Assembly: GCA_020137815.1 (NCBI GenBank)
Contig: CM035354.1
Location: 3,100,001-3,164,000, forward strand
Direction: 5' to 3'
DNA length: 64,000 bases
Source of the DNA: Hormiphora californensis
Taxonomy: Eukaryota; Animalia; Ctenophora
Position 1 is the stretch's first letter, and each line of letters begins with the position of its first letter. Under the pieces are notes generated by a model. That model saw only the letters and a list, made by a program, of their open reading frames with translations, had not been told where the DNA came from and made no database searches. A program made the translations under genes and the position numbers. Of the stretch, positions 30,066 to 64,000 are shown one piece after another.

Positions 30066-31747
30066 ATGGCATCCGATCAACTTCTCACTGATGATCTCTC
30101 CCAGGATATGTTCAGTGAAGGTACACCGATCCATAGACCATTATAAATATTACTGCTCCAATATCTGATTGTTATTATCCAATCAACACATTAAATGGTA
30201 ATATAATGTACAGGGTGTCCCACTGTCTTTGCATCACCTGCGATTTTGGGTCATGACCGGGCTCCATTAAACTAACCAAAACTCATCGAAAAATTGGTCA
30301 AATGGTTCTAACAAAAACCAGTGTTCTAGAGAATTGTCTGGCGAACATTTTGGTTGCAAGATTGACTTTCCAAGTCTTACCAATCGTCAGATATATCGTC
30401 GTAAAGTCAAAATTACGTGTTCATGAAATCCGACCGGGGTTCACGTTTTGAAAAATTCACAAATGCAAAGTTGCTCGGATCACATTGCATCCCTCATAAG
30501 AGTTGTAGGAAATTGTCTGGCGGTCATTTTGGTACCCGGGTTTTTATCCTAGCTCAATGTTTAGAGTGTCTTATGACTGTCTAAAGACGAAATTCAACCA
30601 GCATTTTTGAGGGGATCACGTGTCATCAACAAATGGGTAAAATGATTTGAAATTTACAAGAGCTTCATTGGAATCGTCTAAGCTTCATTTTGATACCATG
30701 GTTTTTTCCATAGCTCTACGTTGAAGTTGCGTTATGACTGTAGGAACATGAAGATTTTTCTATGCTGAGTCTTAGTTGGTATCGGCTCACAACCCCTAAT
30801 TAGGTGGCTCGGTGTCGTGTGTAATCCCATGATAATCAGCACATATCGTCTCAATTTCATCTAGACACTTGACAGGGTTGTTATGACGATTTGGCAAGGC
30901 CCCTGTTAATGTGTAGGATACGCAAGTGGTCTATCTCAACCCTATCATGCACTAAGATGTTATTCAAGCAGCTATGAGCTTCATAATAGGGCAAAATGCA
31001 ATGCGATACCTGAGACCACTTTTGGGAAAATTCCAGTTCTGACAGTCATAAGACACTCTAAACATTGAGCTAGGATAAAAACCCGGGTACCAAAATGACC
31101 GCCAGACAATTTCCTACAACTCTTATGAGGGATGCAATGTGATCCGAGCAACTTTGCATTTGTGAATTTTTCAAAACGTGAACCCCGGTCGGATTTCATG
31201 AACACGTAATTTTGACTTTACGACGATATATCTGACGATTGGTAAGACTTGGAAAGTCAATCTTGCAACCAAAATGTTCGCCAGACAATTCTCTAGAACA
31301 CTGGTTTTTGTTAGAACCATTTTGACCAATTTTTCGATGAGTTTTGGTTAGTTTAATGGAGCCCGGTCATGACCCAAAATCGCAGGTGATGCAAAGACAG
31401 TGGGACACCCTGTACTACGCGATCTCATTCCCCCACCAGGTCTCATTGCAGTTGTGAAACCAGCGATCCAGACCGTCGATACTCAGGTCCAATCGCTCCG
31501 GTTTACCCAGCTAAAACTAAAGGACTCCATTGACAGGCTATCGGGTGATTTGGATCAGATATCCAGCCTGCAAAAAGAGCTCCCGAACTTGGAGCACTAC
31601 GTTAAAAAGTTGACCAGCATAAAACGTCGGGTGGCCACTGTAAACAATGTCCTTTCCAATGTTCAGGACCGAGTTACTGGGTTGCAGGGGAGAGTTGAGA
31701 AAGAGCAGGCAAAGAAACGAACATTACTGAGTGCTACCGTGTCGTGA
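30066..31747 (+). CDS. SNAPIN: SNARE-associated protein Snapin (BLOC-1/BORC subunit); exons 30066-30120 and 31440-31747
   Basis: Spliced product QDMFSEGLIAVVKPAIQTVDTQVQSLRFTQ..L...YVKKLTSIKRRVATVNNVLSNVQDR matches the Snapin pattern FAEGL...LRPAVQ.LD...YVKKL...RRRV..VNNIL.NAQER; phase-1 intron. Confidence 0.9.
30211..31412. mobile_element. Tc1/mariner-type MITE with ~370-bp TIRs and TA TSD, in the SNAPIN intron
   Basis: TA|CAGGGTGTCCCACTGTCTTTGCATCACC ... GGTGATGCAAAGACAGTGGGACACCCTG|TA; arms 30211-30581 and 31041-31412 are near-perfect inverses; no transposase ORF. Confidence 0.93.
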
Positions 31748-31980
31748 GGGATATGGTTTGTTGTGAGTTTTTGATTTTCTGTGTATTTTGTGTTGTCTGG
31801 TTATTGAAATATGACGGGTTTGTTTATCCCTCAAAGCATTTTGTTGTTCTCAATCATGTTCAATATCCCCTTCCAATATGTTTTTCTATCAGCAATAAAC
31901 TCGCCCTCCCTCCCCCAAGTGATAGCACGTTATAGGAATAACCAAACCCAAAATAACCTAGTTCTTCTCCACAGCAGGGA

Positions 31981-54440
<22,460 letters not shown>

Positions 54441-55575
54441 AGGGATAATGTAGGAGGGACAGAACTATGGAGCAAAGACACTCAGAAAAAAAAAGAGAGA
54501 GAGAAAGAGAGAGTGGGAGAGAGAGAGAAATTGTTATCTTGCTTTTTGTGTATCATGTTTGTTTGTGTATCTCTGTGTGTACGTATATTTTAACCAGTTT
54601 GACACGTTTTTAATCCGCTATAATAACATGATATACTACCCTTGAATTGTACAGATAATTGATTAGAGATAATTACTGATTTCCCTTGGATGAATTACCT
54701 AAATATCCGTGTTTTTGTTTGAGCTAAAGTCCCTGGTCCCCCCCCCCCCCCCCCCCCCCATTCACTGTATGGCGGCGCCATACCCCATTTGATTTGACAG
54801 TGCGCTCAGATGGGTCGCGGCGCCAGACAGCCCATTCATGGATTCTAAAATCGATGGAAATGTGCAAAATTAACCCTCGGATAAATTAGGCTGTTCGAGG
54901 CATCGTTCCAGCAGTGTATACTCTACATGCATGAGAGAATAACCATGATGGCTGTGCTGGGAAACAAAAAAGGGGTGCTCGGTATGACATTCAATAATCA
55001 ATTCACGGCTTCACATCTCAGATCATGACAGCTTCAAATTTCATGTACGCGCGCGGCTCAATAGTGTACCACATTGCCCTTGTGAGACACTGCTCACAAT
55101 ATCCAGGTCACCCCTCTACAAGGTAATGTCGTTCGCGCGTTACGTAAAGTTGTTGAAATGACAGCGGGGAGATCTCTCACATGGCAACCGGACCACACAC
55201 ACACACACACACACACACTGCAGCACTGGTCACAGCATGCACCCCCTTTTTTCTCGAAAAACATAGGAACAGACGTTGTTTTGTTGGTGTTGTAGTAAAT
55301 GTGTAAAAGTATAATGGTAAACAGCAGGCATTAAGTCAATAAACGTCAAAACAATATAAGAAACTAAACATCAATCTCTCTCAGCTTACATTGATCTCTG
55401 ACTAAAACTACAATAATATACAACCGCATGTAAGTCATGCAAACATAATAAGTTTTGTTCTAAATAATAAGTTCTGTCAATGTGTATCAAACACCCCTGC
55501 AGCCCCCATAGCAACCCCATACCTGCATGGTTGGTTGCTATAGCAACCCCCACAGCTGCATTCTCTGAAATTCAG

Positions 55576-58500
55576 TTAGGGACATGTTTCCCATACCAGC
55601 ACACAGCTATCATCTCCCCCAATTGAAACCAGATATTTGTCATTGTATGTAAACCTCACCCCCGCAACATGTGCCGAGTGTCCGAAGAATTTCTTGTGTT
55701 TCGAATATTTTTCTCTCGTCGGATACTGGAATAACTTTACAGTTCCAAAATCATCACCCGTCGCAACGACACTGGAACCGTGAGCAACGGTCGCAGCATT
55801 AACATCGAACTGTTTGGAGTCCCGGGGCCAAATTCCAACTAGGTTTTCACCTAACACAGTTGTACTAGAGTGGAGAGTCAGCCCACCGGCTGGTTCTATC
55901 TCACTCTGATATCCCTCGGGGCACTTTATGTAGACGGTCTGGTAGGTAGAAAGGGATACCACCAATTGGGTACTATCATGCGACCAATCCAACTGCAATA
56001 CACTCCCAGGTAACCGGCGTGTAATTGTAACACGGGTATAGGTAGCTGTAACAGGCGTTACAGTGTAAAGGGAGACAGAGGAATCACCACACCCCACAGC
56101 TAGGTACCTCCCGTCTGGACTGAACCGTACTGCTTGCACCTGAGCGCTGTTATCCCTGATCAAGTGGACCTGTTGGAGGTTAGGGGAGAGGACTAGGACG
56201 GACCCGTCCAGACACCCCACAGCCAGATGGGATCCGTTGGGGTGGAAATCTGTGGAAAGGGCTGCAGATTTCAATGTTGTAACGGCATCCATAACTCCCG
56301 TCCCTAGATCCCATAACCTCACGGTTCTATCACTTGAAACAGTGGCAGAAAGCTGTTTAGAAGGATGACACGTGACACCCCAAACCTCTCCACTCCCATG
56401 ACTTTGAAGGACAACTGAAACATGACCTGACCTCTCATTAACGGTTAGGATCTCACCCTTACTAGTTCCAACCGCTATACATCCCTTAGCACGAGACAGC
56501 GACTTTATGACGGATTTAGGGGTAGCCGCTTCAATTGCAAAAGTCTTGCTACGTTTCATTGATTGATCCCACAACTTGACCACACACTTCCCATTGCTTT
56601 CCTTCCCGCCCGAAACAATCAACCCATCCTTTAGAGTTGTGTACAGAGCGAATACAGGTCCAGAGTGACATGCTGATATGACCCGAGTTAGGGTCGTGTC
56701 CTGCCATACAAACACGTGACCTGATATGGACCCAGTGTAGGTTATTCCACCCGTGCTGAATGCCACCGATAGCATCGTCTGCATTTTAACTCCCATGTTT
56801 TCTGGGATTTTCACCTTTTTAGGGAGGAGCTGGGTACCTGCAAGGGACCAGAAGCTGACGTGACGTTGGCCCAGGGAGACCAGGTGGGCGTCACTGTCTG
56901 GCCGGAACTCCGTGTGAAGTACCCGGAGGTCGGTGTTTTGGACTTGTGCCAGAAGAGTTCCATCGGACCAATGCCAGATGGCCATTGAGTGAAGTGGGTC
57001 CAACCCCGCTGAAACAAGCAGCTTTCCACTACTACTAAAGTTAACTGAGCACACCCCTGCACAATGGAATCCCTGGAGAATGGATAGAGTTTCCATGGTA
57101 GCAGCATCCCAAACCAGCACCTGAGCCTCTACTCCAAGCTGACCGGAAGCAACAACATTCTTAAACTTGGGGTGTTTATTTGAAGCTAAACACAGAATAT
57201 CATCTGTATGTTCAGTGTAAAATCTTTGCTCCTTCCCCGCCTCTAAACTCATTACAACACCCAGCCCGGCAGCATGGAACACCACCTCTCCATCTTCTAG
57301 GTAATGAAGGTTGTGTCGAGCATCGTAGCCCCGATACCCAAACACCCTCTTGAGCTGCAGCGAGTTTACCTCATTACACGACCTTCGTCGGGTGACGTTA
57401 CATCCACTCGTCTGGTGCCGGGATATCTTCATATCTGGCTCGATGGTAGACCCCTTCTGGTCCGGCCGGACCCCATCTCCCACTATTCTAACTGGGTTAG
57501 TGTAGGTCTTGTTGGTGTAATCGATGGAACACTCAAACTCAACATCTGAATCATATCCATCTTCCTCATCCTCGGTCTCACTGTCTTCGCTGTCCCCACC
57601 AGATCCCACGAGACCCCGGTGAGACCAGAGCATGACCGCCGTGTCTCCACCTCCCGTGGAGACCAGGAAGTTGTCTCCCGCCGTCCACCGCACATTCGTC
57701 ACGTGAGCACTGTGACCCACGTACTTTTTACTTTTTGCGTGTTTTTGTTGCGATGGAAACTCAAATAGTTTCACCACACCAAAATCATCTCCGGTGGCAA
57801 TGATCTTCCCGTCCTGACACACATGAGCAGCATTTACATCCGTAACATCACTTGTAGCAGGCCAAATCCCCTCACACTGTGGGGACAGGACACAACTCCA
57901 CCCCGACCACTTCTGGGACGGAATGTCCGAGGTCCTCAGGGGGATCCTGTTGCCTTTTGGGATTTCAAAGAACAGGACTTCCTTTGCTCCACTGTTGGTC
58001 ATCAGTAACGATCCAGTGGCATCCCATGTCACGTGTGTTATGTAGCTAGACGCTCCCTTACAAACACACACCCTCTTCCACTCTGGTAGCGAGTAGATGT
58101 CCACAAAGTTGTCATGGGAAGCGACAGCCAGGTAGTTGTCACCACTGAAAGCCAAATCAGATATGTTTTCTTTCCGGTGATGGAAGGTCTTGGTAACAGT
58201 ATAATCATCCGTGTTCAGAATCTGTACTGAACCATCCTTGAATCCTACTGCCAGTAATTTACCAGACGCAGAGAACGCAGCAGATCGGGAGGGTGAGGGA
58301 AGGGATTTATTTAACACTACCGTCTTATCAGCCGCATCCCATATTTTCAGTGTTTTGTCATCGCTAACAGTCGCAAAGACCTGTTCGGTGGGATGAGGTG
58401 TCAGGCCCCAGACTTCTCCCTCGGCATGCCCTCCCACCAGGAGACTAACCTGCCCTTGTTTGCTTATCTGGAAGATGTTCCCAATCCTAGTCCCAACAAC

Positions 58501-61500
58501 AATCTTCCCCGCTCCCAGGGCAATCCCCCTCACCGCCTGGGTCTTTTTCATGTCCAACATAGGATTATCCGTCTTGAACGAGCTTAAATAATACTTCTTG
58601 AGTAGATTACTAAGACCTTCATCCCACAAACACACCGTTCCATCCTTTCCTCCCGTTACGTATCCCTTCTCCAGAACTGTGATCACGTGGCATGCCCCCG
58701 TGTGGGCCTCAACCGTGGACCTGAGATTGGATCCCTGCCAGATGTACAGCATTCCATTCTCACCGCCACTCACAGTTACATCTCCCGGTGCACAGGCACA
58801 ACACAGCATGGTGCACTGTTTCCCCTTTTTACCAAACACACCCCGTTTTGAGCTCATACTGGCGCCTTTCATCGTCCAGAATGAGATGTGTTTAACCCCA
58901 ACCGTGACTAACCCATCATTCGTTCCCTGCTTCCATTTCAGAGAGAAGATCCTGCTTTTATTTCCTCTCACAGCAGCCAACTTTTCACCCTTTCTCCAGC
59001 CCCACACCACAATAGTATGGTTATCATCCAGACCAACGGAGGCCAAGAGTTTACCATCCGAGCTAAAATCAACCGCACAAACACCCCTCTGGTGCTGGCC
59101 CTTTAGGATCGATATTGTGGCTGTTTTCTGGATATCCCAAACGTGAATCGCAGGATCCTTCCCAACCTGTCCCGTTGCTGCATAATCCTTCATAGGATGG
59201 AGTGCCAGACAGAGAATGTCATCTGTATGTTTGTTATAGAATCTCTGGGTGTGGTTCTCACTGTCGTACAGAATCCCCAGTGCCGCCACGTGGTACACGA
59301 CCTCCTTATTGGCAGTAAAATGGATGTTGTTCCGGGAGTCGTAGCCACGGTACCCAAACACAAAATCAAGTAATAGACCACCATCCGGTGCAGGGGGCCT
59401 GGCCACACTCTTACCCCCAACCTTCCTCTTCGCCACCTTCTCTGGCCTCTCCTTTTTCCTGTCATACCTCACTTGTACCTCCTCCTCAACCTCAGAATCA
59501 AGCTCTGCATCCGAGGTATCGCTCTCCTCCGTGCAGCTATCCGTGGTGATGGAATGAGGTCCAGGTACGGCCATACCCTGATAAACCTTCCACTGGAACA
59601 CACTGTGATCCGCTCCTCCCACACTCACAACCATCTTCTTGGTATGGTTAAACCTTACACCTGTAACGTGGGCTGAGTGGCCAATGTACCTTCGACACTT
59701 GGAACCCGGATCAGGGCATGGGAAGTGGAAGAGCTTGACGTTTCCATAGTCGTCACCGGCCACAGCTAACTTGGCCTGGATATCCACGTCAACAGCATTA
59801 GTATCGTTCACATCCTTCATGAATTTTGGGTATATGCCCTGGACTTGGTCACTGATGACACGAGTATGTGTTGCCGGGGTGATGGGGGTGGTGGATGTAA
59901 TCTCTTCACCAGTGGAAACTTTGAGCACCTTGCTCTCGCTCACACCCGCGTTGGAGAGGAGGTGATCACCGTCTTTAGACCAATCGAGATGGGTGATAAA
60001 GGAAGTGTGAACACGGAAAATAACTGGTTTTGTAAAACCCTTTGAGGTACTAAACACAAGGATTAGTCCATCGTTGTAACCAGCTGCCAGGTAATCTCCT
60101 GAGGAAGGGAGATGGGTTAACATGACTGATTTCATTTCCATAATTTCATCTGGGTGATAGAGGGTAACCCTTGGTTTTCACGTTTATAGGAGTAAAACAC
60201 CTTTGCAGCCTCTGGAACGTGCTTTGCGCACCGGCAAGAGTCAGGTAGCTACCAACACGTACCGTTAGGTGAGAACTTTATCTCATGAACAGTTTGACCA
60301 GTTCCAACTAGTTCAGCGATCTTCTTCATGGCGGGGAACTCCAGCAACACAAGATCTCCATTCTTGAGGCCAACACACAGCTCCTGGCCGTTGGGAGAGA
60401 AAGCAAGGGAACGCACCGCATCCGACATTGTTGATATAGAAACGGTGAAGTGCTTGATAGCATCCCACACACGAATTGTACAGTCATCGGAACCTGAGGG
60501 TGAGAAAGGGAGTGTAACCACGGTTACAATTAACCGATTAAATTATTAACCGAGCGATAGTTAGATCCGGTATACTACTCTGGGCCTAGCTATCAATTAC
60601 TAATTAAATAGTTTGCCATAGTTTGTTAATTGGGAGGTATGTCCTCATAATAATGTATTATATTAATTCATGACCAACCTGTCACAAAAATATCCTTCTT
60701 GGGATGAGTTGCAAGGGCCCACATCTCCCCCTCACTATGTCCACTAACAAGAATCCGCGGTCTACTCCTGTCCTTGATATCCACATCAATCACACAACTC
60801 GTCTTCGTTCCCACCACAATGTGATCCTGATAATAATAGTAAATGATAAAGATTTTGTATGTCTAACTTCACTTCCATATCCAACAATTGAAATGTGGCA
60901 CATACAGTGACTAGTTAGATTTAGAAGTTTGTATCCTGGTAGAGTGCTCGATCCGGGGATGCGGAGAGCTGAACTATTGTGACAAGTGAAACAAGGTTTT
61001 ACAAAATCAACAAATGTTTCACGCAAAAGCTGCGATCGTCAGGAGCTTTTGCGTGAAACATTTGTTGATTTTGTAAAACCTTGTTTCACTTGTCACAATA
61101 GCACATACAGTGACCATTTAATTTACCTGATACCAGCACACCGCCCGGAGGCACAAGTTATCCGCACCAAGATTAGTGGTAGAGAGGTCTATCGTGGTGA
61201 TTAGGGTCAGGGAGTAACTCCAGAGTTTAATGATACCATCTTTACCCCCGCTGGCAATGCCTTCAGCGGAGCGGTGTAAAGCAAACACAGCGCCGGTGTG
61301 AGCTCCAGAAACGATGGAGGTTAGCTCTCCCTCACTCCACTGGTAGATGTCACCTAGGGGGGGGGGGGGGGGGAGGTATTGGGGTTATAAGTTGAGTTAT
61401 AGGGGGAGTTAGGGGGAGGGGTATTGGGGTTAGAATAATAATAAAGAGTTAGGGTGTCCGGTGTAGGGTAGGTAACTAGGGGTAGTTAGAGTAAAGGATA

Positions 61501-62188
61501 AGTAACAAAATTCAGTAATCAAGACACCTGATAGTGTTCCAGAAAAGCATTTCCCTTCAGATCCAAACACTAGACACATCTGACTCTGAACCTCTCCACC
61601 TGTACCTCCCTTTCCAGCTACTTTTCCCACTTTTATCCTCAGCGCATTCCCACAATGTTTCCAGAAACTGATATGCTTTACACCACAGGAAACCAGACTA
61701 CTATCATCATCAGGCCGGAATTTAACATCAAAAACACGCTCAGAGTGGGCGGTGTGAGAAGCAAGTAACTTTCCCTTCTTCCAATCATAAACACACACCC
61801 TACACTTGGTAGCTAGATCCACTGACCCCAGAAGATTACCACTGGAACTGAAATCCAGTGCGGTCACCCCTGCAGTATGGTGCCCAGATAACAGGGAAGT
61901 GATGGATAGAGTGGTGCTATCCCAGACACAGATCAGGGGACTACTCCCAACCTCTCCCGTTGCCACCGTCTTCAGATCGGGGTGAAGGGCCAGGGAGATG
62001 ATGTCGTCAGTGTGTTCTATAAAATACCGCTGGGATTTCTTGACAGGATGATAAATTACAGCGGCAGCCGCTACAAAGTAGACAATTTCCCCAGTGGCGA
62101 GGTAGTAGACGTTGTTGCGGCACTGGTGACCCCGGTACCCATATATCCAGTCCAGGCGAAGTTGGGCCCGCGGTGGGGCACCGACCAT
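55576..62188 (-). CDS. EML6: Echinoderm microtubule-associated protein-like 5/6 (three HELP+WD40 TAPE modules); exons 62188-61528, 61353-61127, 60826-60679, 60493-60263, 60098-55576
   Basis: Three HELP motifs (LDWIYGYRGHQCRNN, LDFVFGYRGYDSRNN, LKRVFGYRGYDARHN) and GDDFG..KLF..P / GHSAHV repeats. EML5 vs EML6 is not resolvable. One -1 homopolymer indel near 60728. Confidence 0.92.
60912..61100 (-). mobile_element. Second copy of the Penelope-like hairpin + tail insert, in an EML intron
   Basis: Same sequence family as 54089-54259 in reverse; 14-bp TSD gcacatacagtgac at 60898-60911 and 61101-61114. Confidence 0.7.
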
Positions 62189-62523
62189 CGCTAAAGACAA
62201 GATAGGGTTGTGAAATTATAGGGGAGAGAGGTCCGAGGGTTAGTGGAGACTGACTGGATCGCTAAAGACGAGATAGGGTTGTGAAATTATAGGGGAGAGG
62301 GGTTAGTGGAGACTGAAAAGCTGGGAAACTAGTATAGGGGTTAGTTGGGTATTATTGGAGTGGGGGATATGGAAGTAAAAACAATCTGAGAAACGAAAAT
62401 AATACTTTTGAAAGGTGAATCTTTAGTTACACTTTTTACACGAGTAATTTATCTCTTATCGCCTCAAACTAAAAGAAAACGTTCACTTTGCTCGGGAAGA
62501 CGATCATCTCCAAGTTCATAAGT

Positions 62524-64000
62524 TTACTCGGGGAGAAGGTCATCTCCAAGCTCCTCATCCCCAAATTCGTCATCATCCATCACCCTAGTTCGGGCAGCGG
62601 TCCTTGGACGAGGCGGCAGTTCCCCTATCGGATCGCTATACGTAGCATCAACTGCCTTCTTTCTACCACTCGCAGTATCCCTCGGCGTAGCAGCGGGTGC
62701 AGTTTGGTCCTCAGTCCGGCGTGTACCTGAGTTCTGTCTGGAGTTCCGAGCACTTGATCTCTCGCTACCCCCACTTCCCCTCTGCCTTCCACTCCTCCGT
62801 CCACTATTATCCCGCCTTTGATCCCGCAATTCCTTAGCCTTTTCCGCTTTTTTCAGTTTATTTGCATACTCGTTAGCCTCCTTCAAACCTAGATCACTAC
62901 AAATCCGAACCAGGAACTTGAGGCACTCAACGTTTTCAGGGAACTTCAGGTGGATCTTCTTGTAAGTAACGAGAGACTGTTGATAGTTGCCACTGCGCCT
63001 ATAGCAACTAGCTATCATCAACTGCCACTTGACCTCCTGGGGCTCAATTAGGGAGGCCTTCTCAAAGTATTGAATCGCTTTCTCATGGAACTGGCCATCA
63101 ACATAAAACGCACCAAGCCACGAAATGGTGCTAATATCGGAGGGAAAGTACTTGTGGGATTCGAGGAAGTATTGGAATGCCTGGGATCTATCACTGTCCT
63201 GATCGTAGATAGCCCCAATACTAGACAGGATACCAGGATCAGTAGGGACAATCGTTATCAGATGCATAAACCAATCCATGCTCTGCTGAACGTCCTGTTT
63301 CATGTCGTACAGAATTGCTATTTGGTAAATAACTTCTGGACAATTGTTTAGAATGGCATGGAGCTTTCTCAAAACACTCCAAAGCACCCTCGATATTGCT
63401 CATTGTCTTGTAAGTTAGGCCCAGATTGTACAAAGCCTCAGCACACCCTGACTCAATAGATAGCGATTCTTGATAGTAGTCCCGGGCCTTTTCAAGTTCC
63501 CCGGCCTTGAAGTGGATGTTGCCTCGGTTGACAAGAGCGTATGGGTTGTATCTGTCACTCTCAATAGCCTGATCCGCATACTTCTCAGCCTCCTTGTTCT
63601 CTCCTTTCAGGTAGTAGAGGAAGGAAAGGTTGTTCGCGGCTGTGGATGCGATCTTGCTGTCTTTTTTCTCAAAAACTTTGAGAGCCTCAACAGCTTTCTG
63701 GAAATCCTTCTGTCTCAGGTACATGATCGCCTTGTTGATCTCCAACTCACTCGCCAGTTCAGTGTGCTGGGAGTCCCTCACACAATCCACACACCAGTCA
63801 AATCCAAGCGCCTCCGAGTTCTCAATCACGGGAGCGATCAGTTTTGCAGCCTGGATGATACACTTTTCCGCATAGCGACGTTTGCCCCGTTCAATCTTTC
63901 GGAGCTCGTCATCCTTGATAGCCTCCATGACCAGGGAGGAATGAGGATCCTCTCCGTATTGAAGATACCGGTCCTCGTCCTCGATCCCCTCGATAGGAAC
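62524..64000 (-). CDS. IFT88: Intraflagellar transport protein 88 (TPR protein), 3' part; 5' end outside the window
   Basis: EAIKDDELR, AAKLIAPVIE, DRYNPYALVNRGN, EVKWQLMIASCYRRSGNYQ, FPENVECLKFLVRICSDLG, YSDPIGELPPRPRTAA, DDEFGDEELGDDLLPE. The two ORFs join after removing one base near 63368 (FEKLHAIL). Confidence 0.95.

Noticed and set aside
63360-63390. Programmed frameshift or pseudogene in IFT88
   Set aside because: One extra base in a short A run restores the conserved FEKLHAIL; similar indels occur in EML, so assembly error is most likely.

Overview
Eukaryotic (animal) genomic DNA with compact, intron-containing genes, (GA)n tracts and many mobile-element insertions. The layout suggests an early-branching invertebrate such as a ctenophore, but that assignment is inference. 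Genes reconstructed by hand from GT-AG junctions: NDUFB9 (3' part), PAIP1, a filamin-type CH-CH actin-binding domain running into an AKTIP/FTS-type UEV domain, mitochondrial aconitase ACO2 (-), an ARMC10-like TM+ARM protein (-), an intronless CYP46-like P450, SNAPIN, a 22-kb PEST-family tyrosine phosphatase (PTPN12/18/22-like), EML5/6 (-) and IFT88 (-, 5' partial). Mobile DNA: a very young non-autonomous LTR element with an RTE-like LINE nested in one LTR, two CRE-like RLE retroposon fragments, Tc1/mariner-type MITEs, two poly-G-terminated foldback elements with 6-bp TSDs, and two Penelope-like hairpin+tail inserts with a hammerhead-like core. Main candidates for novelty: (1) the apparent CH-CH/AKTIP fusion; (2) repeated tandem duplication of splice-site sequences, including a ~108-copy 32-bp satellite built from a 3' splice acceptor; (3) an alternative first exon that would give a phosphatase-less PTP-PEST isoform keeping the CTH tail; (4) an operon-like layout with acceptors just upstream of start codons. 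Caveat: single-base indels also break conserved genes (IFT88, EML), so the assembly carries indel errors and frame-dependent conclusions need transcript confirmation.
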